From NCBI GenBank assembly GCA_052327205.1, contig CM126225.1, positions 38,006,001 through 38,070,000 of the forward strand: DNA of 64,000 bases, read 5' to 3'. Both the position numbers and the translations under genes were made by a program. Shown here one piece after another: positions 12,882-25,308 of this stretch (within the stretch, counting starts at the first letter, position 1; each line of letters starts with the position of its first letter). Source of the DNA: Somniosus microcephalus (lineage: Eukaryota). The notes under the pieces are model-generated. The model worked only from the letters and a program-made list of their open reading frames with translations. It had not been told where the DNA came from and did not search any database.

Positions 12882-15800
12882 TATGTCAGGCTCAGTTTTG
12901 AGGCAGTAGTATGGTTAGAGCTATCTCACTTTTTTTTAAAGAGCCTTTGGCTTAGTTACCACTTTTCAGAGGATATTGACATTGTCTGTAGAGCTGATTT
13001 CTAGGGCAGTTATCTAGTTGAAGTGATGATATTGCGAACTGTTAAAGAGCCCATAGCTCTCCAGAGGGTGCAAACAATGTTTCACGGCAGCGCATAGTTA
13101 GAACTGTCTTGCTGCAGGTTTTTAAAGGGAACTGTTCACGGGCATAAAACTCTTGCAGCTGGATGCAGTACTATGTTTCTTGTGTTGGTTCACCATTTTT
13201 CCAACCAATGCATCAATACATTCCATTAGAACAAGGTTCAAACTAGTGTAAGGGCAATTTAAGACTGGTGACAGGAAGTTCTTCACAAAGAGCAATCAAC
13301 ACAGAGAACAGACTTCTGAGTAGGGTGGTGGCAGGGGAAAACAAACTGGACTACTATAGAAGGTCTTTACACTATAGGATGCAGCCAACTGCAGCACGTG
13401 CAGGTGCTCTTCCATCAGCTGAACTCTATAGTGTAAACAAGCCGAGTTTCCAGTAACCAGCAGTATTGTAGCCTAACTGATATATGGCTCTACAATACTG
13501 CCATCTGGATGGATGAGCTAAGATTGGAAAGTGGCCTTTCTCATCTGTATCTATCTTGTGTCCTCCCTGTAATTAATCTTATTACAGTACATAGGGGAAA
13601 AAATGTACAGGACCATAAAAGACCATTGTAGCCCATCTGGCTGGTCTCAGACTGTTAAACCAAGTACTTAAAGTGCGATTCAGAGCAATCATTAGTTGAT
13701 TTTATTTCAATATCAGTGAAGTGTTTCGTGCTGCTGGTTCCCAAAGTGTTCGTCTCACACAGGCAGCAACAACCTAATGCAAACCTGTTAGATTCGTGAA
13801 GTTTGGGGTCCAGTAAGATCTTGTATCAATGGCTCTTCCTAGAAGCCCACCTTAGTAAATCCAGCAAGTATACACTGGGTCGCCTCTGGCCGCATGAGTC
13901 CTGCATTTCAGGAACCACCGGTGCAAACATGAGCTAAGATGAGAATAGTGGTTTAACATTAATGTAAAAGTAGCTATTGTTGGTGCTAGCCTAGTTCTAC
14001 TTGTTCCTTCAGTGGCTGCCTTGTACCATTTCTAAACTTGGGAGCATCTGTTTCTTTCTGCCATTGGAGACCTATTCTGTGGCCTTTGTGCAGTGCAAGG
14101 TATTACTCAGTGCACATCACAGTGATTGACAGGATAGCCTCTGTCAACAAAACATGTGAAGTGTTCAAGAGCTGATTGCTTTCAAAATTAAAACCACATG
14201 TATCATTCTAATATACACATTAGAGAGCATTGCATTTTAACAACATTTCTGTTCATCTGTCACAATTATGAACAATTACAGTGGTTTCACATTACCACAG
14301 CAGGGAATAACAAATTTGCCTCGTGCCAGTCTAAAGTGAGGCCTTTGTGATTGTCAGGTCTTGATAATACAGAGACCTTTTTTAAGCACTTTGTCAGGAG
14401 AAGAGGTGGCCTTTGCATATCTGCTAAAATAGGGAGGGACTGGATTCTGTCGCATTTGTTGGCATTAAAAATGAATTACGGCTTTATTTTGAAAAGCCCT
14501 TAAAATTAAAGTGCTCTTAAACTCAAAGCTTTTGTATTAAGTACATGGGTACAGTGTAACATATTGCATCGTATGGGTGCAGTATAACATTGTGATGGGG
14601 TCCTACATTATAACAGTGACTGCACTTTAAAAAAAGTACTTCATTGGCTGTAAAGCACTTTTGGACTTCCTGAGGTCTTGAAAAGTGCTATATAAATGCA
14701 AGACTTTCTTTTTAGTTCCCACTGAGGGTTTTAAATAACTCAATATTGGGGAAACGGCATTGATACACGGGGAATCTAGGCTCTCAATTCATTAGTGATG
14801 AATACACGTGTGTTCTTATAGACATTTAATGAGTGTTCTAAGTGCCATAGCATGAGTGTTCTAAGTGCCTTCTCAAGGGCAACTAGGGATGGGCAATAAA
14901 TGCCAGCCTTGCCAGCGACGCCCACATCCCATGAACGAATAAAAAAAAGCATCTATATTACCATCGAACAGCTCGTTTTCTCGATGCTAAATTTGACATT
15001 GATTGTGTTTGAGGATGGGAGTAGTCAGGGAATCTTGCAGTTCTCTGAATCTGCACCCTGCCGTGGTTGTTTATTTTATTTCAGATACGGCTGAAGGCTC
15101 TGTGTGAGCAAGTGTTGGCAGAACATACTTGGCACTGTCAGCATTTTATTTCCCTAAAGCAAAAAATACATTTTTTTAGATTGTGCTATTGTACCATTGA
15201 TTTATCCGACTGAAAATATCTTGTGTAAATCCATATAGTGTGTATCACCCTTTAGGCATACAAGATTCAAATGTTTATAATAATCACAATAGTCTATAAT
15301 AATCTCCACCATCAAAAACTATTGTAAGGTATTTCTGGCCTCTGGGGGTGCCCAGCTGTAGGATACACAATTACATCACAGATGACCCAAACTAGTAGTT
15401 AATATAGGGAGAAAGATGGATTATGCAAGGTGCAGCCTCAAAAGGAAAGAGAAATCCATTCAAGCACAGTGGAGATAGAATCACATTAACAGTGACAGAT
15501 GTGTTTACTGAGGAAAAATAGGTTAATCCCCTCCACAGCTGGTTGCAGCCCAGGATAACTCTGCCCAGTTCCACAGAAACCTATCTCGAGTCAAAAACGA
15601 CAACACTGAGACAAACCAAACATTGGTTTCAGTGTGATATTTTCTTGTGGCATTATGATACCAATAAATGATATAGTGTAGGGGAAGTTTTACAAGGTTG
15701 CGCGCCCAGTTCAGATCCTCGCACATCTTGAGCGCAAATCAAGGTATGAGGCGCAGGGTTGAGCACCCAAGTTTTGTAACCCGTCTGATGTTCTGTCCAT

Positions 15801-17114
15801 TAAAATGAATGGACAGGGAAATCAAGTGGACTGCCAAACTGCAAGGGTAAGAGACTGGACATGGCTTCTAGACAATCAGGAAGTTCTTCTGACAAGGAAT
15901 GATCAATACATGGAATGGACTTCTGGATCCAGTAGTAGAGGCAAAAATCCTGGAATCTTTTAAGAACCAATGGGGTGACTGTAGAATGGATGAACTAAGA
16001 TGGGCTGAAAGGCCTTTCCTGTCCATAATTGTCTTGTAAACCTCCACACCCCTATTCTGATGTGCAATCCCAGTGCACAAAGCCATACACCTGGCAGTGA
16101 AAACTTCTAAGTTACCGCATGTATGCTTAGTGGGAACGCTGCAGTGCATGCCCTTTCCACTCACCTGTGGTGTGAATTGGGGCCAGGGTTCCCTTCAACT
16201 GAAGAGAATGATCAATGAAAAGATTCCAAACAGCAAACTTGGATGGATACCAGCAAGTGGTTTAAAAACGAGGAAGCGCAAAAAAGATGTGGTCTAAAGT
16301 TCTGAGAAGTAGCTTTAACCACAGTCTTATTTTGCATACCAATTTTGGTTTAAAATCAAGCCAGTAGCTGCAAAGCTTTGCAGTCCCATGTCAACAAACT
16401 GGAGTAAGTCAACTCTCTTGCATTCCTCATTCAAAACTGCAGAGTTTAAGTCCATTTGAGTGTCACTTTGTGCTCCAGATTGTTGCAGATTAACTGACCA
16501 CATCACATCCTTGTGGCATGGTGACAGCTGCTTGTTCAGGAGGAGTCTAGCTTATTTAACTGAAGTGTCAATACATGTAGTCATAATCTTTCCTGCTTTT
16601 CAGGTCAATGCTCTTTTACCTCCCTCTTTCTCAGAACCTCAAAACTGTAGATCTCCTTATGTCACTCAGTCTTTCTTCTCTTACTATTGTTAAGGCTTTT
16701 AAACACTTCATGTCACCTAATCACTAAGTGCTGCTTTATCTCATCTAGTTTATACTTTTCAAACTTGGTGGTGCCTTGAATTTATAGGCTTAAGAACCAA
16801 TGGTTTAAAGTTTAATTAATCCACTGTCAAAGCGCGATGAAGAAAATGCCATCTCCAGACAAAGTTTTGAATGAAGGAAGACTTGAAAAATTGGGGCGTT
16901 TATTAGTAAAACAACATGGATTACGGAACAATAGGATAGAAGTATTTAACATTACAAAAGGATGGGACAGATACAGATATAATGGGGTAGATATGAGCAG
17001 ACTGCTTCCAGTAGTTTAATAGCAAAATACTGCGGATGCTGGAAATCTGAAATAACAACAGAAAATGCTGGAAATACTCAGCAGGCCAGGCAGCATCCGT
17101 GGAGAGAGAAACAG

Positions 17115-17151
17115 AGTTAACGTTTCAGGTCTGGGACCCTTCATCAGAACT
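17115..17151 (-). ncRNA. Minimal type I hammerhead ribozyme motif in the PLE 3' end
   Basis: Minus strand reads AGTT-CTGATGA-AGGGTC-CCA-GACCT-GAAA-CG-TT-AACT: stem I AGTT/AACT, intact core, stem II, palindromic ACGT stem III. Confidence 0.75.
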
Positions 17152-17269
17152 GGAAAAAGCTGGAAATGTAACATATTAAGCAGGTGCAGAGACAGGGGGG
17201 GTGTGGTGTTAGGGGAGGAAGGAATTGAAAGAACATACTGTGAAAATGTTGCAAATGGGAATGGCAAAA

Positions 17270-18354
17270 TCATACTGCATGAAAAATGGGGGCAGGGATT
17301 ATTATCTGAAATTGTTGAACTCGATATTGAGTCCGGAGGCTGGTGGGGTGAAAGGTGAGGACGAGGGGAACCCTATCGTGGTTCTGAGAGGGAGGGGAAG
17401 GGATGAGAGCAGAAGTGCAGGAAATAGAACGGACACGGTCAAGGGCTGTGTCAACCACAGTAGAGGGGAATCCTCGGTTGAGGAAAAAGGAAGACATGTC
17501 GGAAGCACTGGTATGGAAGGTGGCATCGTCAGAACAGACGCGGCGGAGACGGAGAAACTGGGAGAATGGAATAGAGCCCTTACAGGAAGCGGGGTGGGAG
17601 GAAGTGTAGTCCAGGTAGCTGTGGGAGTCGGTGGGCTTGTAGTGGATGTTTGTCGAAAGCCGATCGCCAGAAATGGAGACGGAGAAGTTAAGGAAGGGAA
17701 GGGAAGAGTCGGAGATGGACCATGTGAAGGTGAGGGAAGGGTGGAAATTGGAAGTAAAGTGAATGAACTTATCTAGTTCAGGGTGAGAGCAGGAAACGGC
17801 ACCAATACAGTCATCAATGTACCGGAAAAAGAGGTGAGGGAGGGGACCTGAGTAGAACTGGAACAAAGAGTGTTCCACATATCCCATGAACAGGCAGGCA
17901 TAGCTAGGGCCCATGTGGGTTCCCATAGCAACACCTTTAATTTGGAGGAAGTGAGTGGAGTCAAAGGAGAAGTTGTTCAATGTGAGAACAATTTCAGCCA
18001 GGCGGAGGAGGGTGGTGGTGGATGGGGACTGGTTGGGCCTCTGTTCAAGGAAGAAACAGAGCGCCCTAAGGCCGTCCTGGTGGCGGATGGAGGTGTCGAG
18101 GGATTGGACGTCCATAGTGAAAAGGAGACGGTTGGGGCCAGGAAACTGGAAACTGTTAAAGTGACGGAGGGCGTCGCAAGAGTCGCGAATGTAGGTGGGA
18201 AGAGACTGGACAAAAAGATAGTCGAGATAGGAAGTTCCGTGGGGCAAGAACAGGCTGAAACGATGGGTCTACCAGGGCAGTCCTGTTTGTGGATCTTGGG
18301 AAGTAGGTAGAAGCGGGTTGTGTGGGGTTGGGGGACTATGAGGTTGGCGGCCAT
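17270..18354 (-). pseudogene. PLE reverse transcriptase, 5'-truncated and frameshifted; endonuclease deleted
   Basis: FYLLPKIHK..PGRPIVS (17977..18354 frame), then TMDVQSL, QIKGVAMGTHMGPSYA, FRYIDD, FLNFSV, TNIHYKPTD, YLDYTSSHP (17270..18247 frame). Confidence 0.92.
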
Positions 18355-18366
18355 GGAGGGAAGATC

Positions 18367-19040
18367 TCCGTTCTATTTCCCGCACTTCTGCTCTCACCCC
18401 TTCCCCTCCCTCCCAGAACCATGATAGGGTTCCCCTTGTCCTCACCTTTCACCCCACCAGCCTCCACATTCAACGGATCATCCTCCGCCATTTCTGCCAC
18501 CTCCAACGTGATCCCACCACCAAACACATCTTCCCGTCACCTCCCCTTTCAGCATTCCGAAGGGACCGCTCCCTCCACGACACCCTGGTCCACTCCTCAA
18601 TCACTCCCAACAGCCTTTCTCCTTCACCAGGAACCTTCCCGTGCAAGCGCAGGAGATGCAACACATGCCCTTTTACCTCCTCCCTTCCCACTGTCCAGGG
18701 CCCCAAACACCCCTTCCAGGTGAATCACCGATTTACTTGTACTTCTTGCAATTTCATATACTGTATTCGCTGCTCACGATGCGGTCTCCTCTACATTGGG
18801 GAGACCAAACGCAGATTGGGCGACCGCTTTGCGGAACACCTCCATTCGGTCCGTAAGGGTGACCCTGAGCTTCCTGTCACTTTAATTCTCCGTTTCACTC
18901 CCACTCTGATCTCTCTGTCCTCGGCCTATTACATTGTTCCAATGAAGCTCAACGTAAGCTCGAGGAACAGCACCTCATCTTTTGATTAGGCACTTTACAG
19001 CCTTCCGGACTCAACATTGAGTTCAACAATTTCAGATAAT
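18367..19040 (+). pseudogene. PLE Cys-rich linker and GIY-YIG endonuclease, disrupted
   Basis: CKRRRCNTC and FIYCIRCSRCGLLYIGETKRRLGDRFAEH. A 7-nt deletion near 18874 relative to the 58 kb copy shifts the frame. Confidence 0.88.
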
Positions 19041-19105
19041 AATCCCTGCCCCCGTTTTTTATGCAGTATGATTTTGCCATTCCCATTTGCAACATTTTCA
19101 TAGTA

Positions 19106-19438
19106 CAGGAAACTTTGTGCTATCCGGCACCCACGGGACCGAGCTGCTGCCGTTGCCTAAAAAGTGCCGTACTCTCCAGAGTTAATGTTGAGAGATACGG
19201 AGATTCTTATCTCCGTATTTGACAACAAACACTGTTGCTTAGCAACAGCTTCTAAACACTCGGGTGTGGCCCTAAAGCTCTGTAGCTGAAGCTGTTGCTA
19301 TAGCTACAGACCTTGCACAACTTGACTGTTCAAACAAAGCAAAAAAAACAAACAAAAAGAATAAAAAACGGCTGCTGATTTTTGCCGGTGGCTCCAGATT
19401 GCCGGATAGCTCACCTCCGGATAGCACAAAGTTTCCTG
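19106..19438. mobile_element. Young Tc1/mariner-type MITE nested in the PLE 3' UTR
   Basis: Perfect 22-bp TIRs caggaaactttgtgctatccgg / ccggatagcacaaagtttcctg with TA on both sides. The empty site cagTAtgttc is seen in the other arm near 17235. Confidence 0.92.
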
Positions 19439-19712
19439 TATGTTCTTTCAATTCTTTTCTCCCCATCTAACCCCCTCCCCCCTGTCTCTGCACCTGCTTA
19501 ATATCTGTTACATTTCCAGCTTTTTCCAGTGATGATGAAGGGTCCCAGACCTGAAACGTTAACATCTCCACGGATGCTGCCTGGCCTGATGAGTATTTCC
19601 AGCATTTTCTGTTGTTATTTTGCTTCCAGTAGTTGATGGGTCTAGAATGAGGCGCCATAAATACAAGGTATAATGTGAGAAATTTAGAACAGAGAACAAG
19701 AGAAACATCTTA

Positions 19713-19840
19713 TACAAAAGCAAAATACTGTGGATGCTGGAAATCTGAAATAAAAACAGAAAATGCTGGAAGCACTCCGCAGGTCAGGCAGCATCTGTGG
19801 AGGGAGAAACAGAGTTAACGTTTCTGGTTGATGACTTTTG
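19713..19840 (-). mobile_element. Solo PLE 3' end (pLTR fragment) with decayed hammerhead
   Basis: acaaaagcaaaatactgtggatgctgg...agagttaacgtttc. Diverged TSD agagaaacatcttat / agagaagcatcttgt. Confidence 0.75.
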
Positions 19841-20932
19841 AGAGAAGCATCTTGTTGTGAGGCTGTTGAATTCACTTCCAGGGTTAGTGGTTCAGGCAGA
19901 AACTGTGTCAACATTCTAGATTAGATTGGTTCGGGAATGAAGGAATATGGGAACAGGGAAGGTAAATGTGATTAGGACTATTTTCTCTCATGGAGGGTAT
20001 ATGCCGACATGAACTGATTGGGCCAAAATGGCCTGTTTCCATGTTGTAACATCTGTGTATCTCTCTCTATATAAAGCCAGCGTGAAAGCTTTGCTATTTC
20101 ACTGGCTTAGAAGCTTCACGACAGCCCTAATTGCATTGTCATTGTGCACAAAGAGTTGACAGTGTTTCAAAAGCCGAAAGCTTAGTACACAGGCAGAACA
20201 GGGGGCAAAATAAAATATTTAAATAACTTGAAATGTTGTCAAATACTTGGATATGTATGGTTTGCAAAATTGTTGATAGATTCAAGCAGTGTTCCGATGT
20301 ACCGTATTTTGAGTACTAACATGCACTACCACAGTAGGACATGAGCTTGTTTCTCCTATTCTCAACACACTTGAGTTTCCAGTCTTTGCTGTGCATCAGG
20401 GGAAATGCAAGCTGGAAGTCTGGCATTTCCCTACAGGGAAAGAGGAGCCGTCAAAGGGCGAGCAATCCTGTAGCCTCCTTGGGTAACCCCCAGTAGCCAA
20501 GTAAAGAATGACATTCCAGAGGCTTGAAAATAGTTCACCTGTCTGCCCTTAACACCAGGGAATGTAGACCCATCGTGAGGGGGAAAATATTTTAATGTTA
20601 GAAATGAAAAAAATGCAAGTTTAGGTCTCAAGTGTTTAATTATAGGAACTAAAAATAAGTTGTGGGGCAGATATCTGCTCTTTGTTACTTGTGGTAAAAT
20701 TGTAAATGTGTTTATAATGAGCACATTTCCCTATTTCCTACAAATAGTGAACATAGGAAATCTCTCTTCCCACCACTGCCCCCCCCCCCTTCAATTCTTT
20801 GTACATGTTATAAAAAGCCACTTTATTTTAAAACCTGGCTGGAGTATGGGTAGCAGTCAGCTGACCATCAGCAGGCTGCTTGATCAGGGGAGCATCACAG
20901 TTAAGCCCAATACAGCCCTCACTTGATTTCGA

Positions 20933-21640
20933 CAACAACAACAATCTGTATTTATATAACGCCTTTAACGTAGTAAAATGTCCCCAGGGCGCTTCACAGG
21001 AGTGTTACAAAACAAAATTTGACACCGAGCCACATAAGGAGAAATTAGGGCAAAAGACTAAAGGATTGATCGAAGAGGTAGGTTTTACTGTGCATCTTAA
21101 AGGAGGAAAGAAAGGTTGAGAGACGGAGAGGTTTAGGGAGGGAATTCCAGAGTTTAGGTCAGAGGCAGCAGAAGGCACGGCCACCAATGGTTGAGCGATT
21201 AAAATCAGAGATGCTCAAGAGGCCAGAATTAGAGGAGCGCAGATATCTCGGTGGGGGGTGGGGGCGGGGTTGTGGGGCTGGAGGAGATTAGAGATGGGGA
21301 GGGGCGAGGCCATGGAGGGATTTGAAAACAAGGATGAGAATTTTAAAATCAAGGTGTTGCTTAACCGGGAGCTAATGTAGATCAGCAAGCACAAGGATGA
21401 ACGGGATTTGGTACGAGTTAGGTCACGGGCAGCCGAGTTTGGAATGACCTCAAGTTTACGTAAGATAGAATGTGGGAGTGCATTGGAATAGTCCAGTCTA
21501 GAGGTAACAAAGGCATGGATAAGGGTTTCAGCAGCAGATGAGCTGAGGCAGGGGCAGAGACGGGTGATGTTACAGAGGTGGAAATAGGCGGTCTTAGTTA
21601 TGGCGCTGATATGTTGTCAGAAGCTCATTTCAGGGTCAGA
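20933..21640 (-). mobile_element. L2 LINE 3' fragment
   Basis: (caa)n tail followed by tatttatataacgcctttaacgtagtaaaa. Collinear with 2995-3720. Confidence 0.85.
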
Positions 21641-22935
21641 TATTTCTGCACATAAATTTTACACATGTAACCTTCTGGTAAGGGTCCTTGGACAGCAGTC
21701 AGGGTCCATTTTAGTGCCTTAATACTATGGTGACACAGATCTCCTCGCTCAAACTGGACATCATACCTGAGACCTTCCTGCTTTGTTTGGCTATGCTCAG
21801 TGCTGGGTTTACTTCCTGAGCCACCAGGGAATTGCTTGGAGCACCTTTGTTCATGTTTGAAAGTGTATTTAACCCCAGTGCCGTAGCCAAAAGTATTTTC
21901 ATAGCAGTAATTGTGATAACATAAAGTCTGGAACTGTTGCTCCCCCCCACCACTGCTGTACATCTGTCATATCCTGGCATTTACTAGCAGTATTACCACA
22001 CTTTACCAGCTGCCATTTGGTTTTGAAACAACTTTACTTTCCGCACAATGACAAATTTTGGAGAGAATAATTTATTTGTCGTACTGTAGTATGTTCAGAT
22101 TGAGTTACTGTGCTGATGATGTGATATTTGGCTGATCTGGTTGTAGAAATGTATCAGAAATGCCTTGCCTTGCGCAAGTCATTTAATTGACTGTGTTCTT
22201 TATACGGCTTTCTTAGCCACCTCAGTTATTTTGTAATGTTTTGTAATTGTAACGTGAAAGGATGATATCATAGGTCCATCAATGTCATGCTGGTTGTTTT
22301 ATCCAATAAACTTAATGTTAAATATTTTGCTGCTGGAATCTCTGGGGTAAAGATCTTGCTGGAGCAAATAGAACAGATTTATATTCACAGACTGATTCTA
22401 CCTCTGCACTGTTGTAGGTCATGGTTGTTTCACACCGAGCACCGTTAGCAGTTCTGAAAACTGTTTACCCATTAATCTCTCTCTCCAACTGGCAGCATTC
22501 CCATTAAATTCACTTAGTATGTTTTTTTTTGCCCCCTTTAGTTTCTTTTATCTTATTTCTTTAGCTATACTGTTCAAACAGGATATTTTGTCGCGACAAG
22601 TGGGATTCGGCTACTCTTCGTAAATTGAAGAGTCCTAATTAATACACAATTGGGATTAGAAGTTTAATTTGTTTTTTTATCGCTGACTGGCTTTTCATTA
22701 TTTTGTTGTAAACCACGGCAGATGAATTCAACTGAAGCACACTGGGAATTGAGACTGAAACCTGCTATCGTCTGGTTTTGAGGCGGGTACTATTCTGCGT
22801 ATGGTATAGCGCTGGCGGAGAGTGGGTGGTTTCTAGAAAAGTAAGTTCAGTGATGTTCAGCTTCATAACCCAGAGGGTAAGAGGCCTGAATGGGCTATCC
22901 GGTTCAAGTCTTCCAAAGATAGTTTTTGTGTACAA

Positions 22936-23674
22936 GGGGCCAGTAATTCCGGTCCCCGTCCGTACTCACGCGTGGGCCCGTTGGAAGTGCCGGATTTCAG
23001 CATGCACAGCGCATGCGCGGGAAACCGGCATTTCCTCCAAGGGGTTCAGAGGTCCAACACGTGCGCGCAGGACTCTGCGCGCACGCGTTGAACTTCCTTC
23101 TTTTTGACAGGTTTGCCCATGTGTAAGGGCCTGAACTTTTTAGAAATGTAAAAAGGAGACGTAAGGACTTGATTCTTTAAGGTAAGTGGTCTATTATTTA
23201 AAATTATAACATTTTTTCCACAGCTTTATTGTTTTTAAGGACTTTACAGTAAGGTAAGTTTATTTTTAGACCCGATTTCTTAAAAAAATATTTTTTTCAA
23301 AAATTTGATTAATTGTTTAAAATAGTTTTTTTTAAAGTTATTTATAGTTCATTTAATTAGTGGGATGTTTTCTAAAATTTTATTTAAAGTTAAATTTTGG
23401 GCGCCCGTAGTTTTCATGAGTTTGACAGTTCTTACTATCAAACTCATGAATGAAGTTTCCCCTCCCCTGATTGGCTGCCCAGTGCTCACCTGATCCCAGC
23501 CGGCACATCGCACTAACTACGCCACTGGATCAGGCAAGCACATCGCGCCGACAGCTGAACCGGGCCAGTGACAGGAATTCCAAGCAGGCCCAGGCTTCAG
23601 CTGTCGGCGCGCCGGGTAAGTGCACATCGGGGGCTTGCAAGCGCGGCAAGCCCCCGATCCTAATTTCTGGGCCA
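22936..23674. mobile_element. CpG-rich MITE, Harbinger-like
   Basis: Imperfect terminal inverted repeats ggggccagtaatt / aatttctgggcc, GC-rich subtermini and an AT-rich core. Internal motif gcatgc..gcgcatgc is shared with 39639-40520. Confidence 0.6.
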
Positions 23675-23848
23675 TTATGTATTGCTGACTCATTTAATTT
23701 GCTACAATTTTTCTCCATTTAATTTTTTTCTGCTTGTTTGGGGCCTCTCTCGCACCTATATACTCTCACATCCAAAAATGGAGAAGAGTGACTTGCTTCT
23801 AGCCAAGCCTTTCTGTGTCATTCTTTAACAAGATGCTGGGACATACAA

Positions 23849-24026
23849 ATGTGAGAAGTCACACAACACCAGGTTATAGTCCAACAGCTTTATTTGAAAT
23901 CACAAGCTTTTGGAGCACTGCGCTCCGAAAGCTTGTGATTTCAAATAAAGCTGTTGGACTATAACCTGGTGTTGTGTGACTTCTCACATTCGTCCACCCG
24001 AGTCCAACACCGGCATCTCCACATCA
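23849..24026 (+). mobile_element. Miniature palindromic PLE derivative (second PLE family)
   Basis: 143-bp near-perfect palindrome at 23848-23990 (one mismatch, 5-nt loop) plus a 36-nt one-sided tail. 12-bp TSD TGGGACATACAA at 23837-23848 and 24027-24038. Centre GGAGC-actgc-GCTCC-GAAA-GCT resembles a hammerhead stem II plus GAAA. Confidence 0.75.
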
Positions 24027-24312
24027 TGGGACATACAAGAGAGTAGCTTAGGACTTGACTGACCATTTTCTCTCCCTGTGGCAAAAGTTCCCAGTTTCTC
24101 ACTAGGAAGTGCGACCTGTGATTTATCACTCCATTGTGTAGCTTTTTGGTATACATACCCACTGCACCAGCAGCCTTCACCTTTAGGTTTTAACCAAAAT
24201 GAGTCAATTCGAGAAGGATCTTGTGAGATTTTTAAACTTACATTGCTTAATCTTAACATGATCAGAAGACTCACCAAATGGCACCTTGGATCATTTTTCC
24301 TTTACTTTTTTA

Positions 24313-24478
24313 AATTCATTCCTGGGATGTGGGCGTCGCTGGCAAGGCCAGCATTTATTGCCATCCCTAATTGTCCTCGAGAAGGTGGTGGTGAGCCGCC
24401 ACCTTGAACCGCTGCAGTCCTTGTGGTGAAGGTACTCCGATAGTGCTGTTAGGAAGGGAGTTCCAGGATTTTGACCCA
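24313..24478 (-). mobile_element. CR1 3' end, same family as 8205-9234
   Basis: Reverse complement of about 9062-9225. Confidence 0.85.
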
Positions 24479-25029
24479 TCAGTTATAGTTCTCTTGTGAT
24501 GTGCATTAAAAAGAAAGATTTGCATTTATATGACGCCTTTCACAATCTCTGGATGTCCCAAGGCCCTTTACAGCCAATGAAGTGTAGTCACTGTTGTTAT
24601 GTAGGAAATGGGGCAGCCAATTTGCGCACAGCAAGAGCCCACAAACAGCAATGTGATAATGACCAGATAATTTTTTTTTACCGTTTATGGATATTATAAC
24701 AAAATGGCACCAGAAGTGGGAGGATACTGGACAAGATATTAGGTTAGAGTGTTGGATTTCTGAATACTCAAACTTATTTACTCCATAGTTGCTCTGAGTT
24801 TTGTAAAAGCAGCTCACTTTATCCTTTTGAAATGATTGGGGACCTGAAATTGACAGCAGCATGCTCTGGAATACATTATGCCTATGCACTCAGTAATTAC
24901 ACCATCAAATGTTATTTAATCGTGATTGCTTTTTATGTTCTGGGATGTTTTATGCTGGAACACGGGTCATCCAGTGAATTAAAACTCTATTGCACTCGCG
25001 CTTTAATCGGCTCTCTGGCTACTACTTAA

Positions 25030-25308
25030 GGGGTCGCCCAATTAAAATGGAGTTGAGGAGGAATTTCTTCTCTGAGGGTCGTGAATCTTTGGAATTCTCT
25101 ACCCGAGAGAGCTGTGGAGGCTGCGTCATTGAATATATTTAAGGTGGAGATGGACAGATTTTTCAACGATAAGGGAGTCGAGGGTTATGGGGAGTGGGCA
25201 GGGAAGTGGAGTTAAGACCAAGACCAGATCTGCCATGATCTTATTGAATGGCGGAGCAGGCTCAAGGGGCCAAATGGCCGACTCCTGCTCCTATTTCTTA
25301 TGTTCTTA
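25030..25308 (+). mobile_element. CR1 3' end, same family as 5495-6259
   Basis: RRNFFSLRVVNLWNSLP; tail ctcctgctcctatttcttatgttctta. Confidence 0.85.

Larger units (their letters stand above)
17017..19620. mobile_element. Penelope-like element (Neptune type), inverted head-to-head insertion
   Basis: Perfect 14-bp TSD TGCTTCCAGTAGTT at 17003-17016 and 19621-19634. Minus arm 17017-~18365 holds RT plus the 3' end with tail. Plus arm 18367-19620 holds the linker, GIY-YIG and a 3' end without tail. Confidence 0.93.
16830..20055 (+). mobile_element. Old CR1 3' fragment hosting the PLE insertions at 17017-19620 and 19713-19840
   Basis: EGRLEKLG...IEVFNITKGWD...RLLPVV before 17016 continues after 19634 (gatgggtctagaatgaggcgccataaatacaag) to the tail tgggccaaaatggcctgtttcc. 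Confidence 0.7.

Noticed and set aside
17225-18310. Plus-strand ORFs of 183 and 146 aa
   Set aside because: Antisense shadows of the PLE RT reading frame.
19528-19563. Functional hammerhead in the plus arm of the 17-19 kb PLE
   Set aside because: Core reads ATGATGA instead of CTGATGA and stem I is disrupted; treated as a decayed copy.
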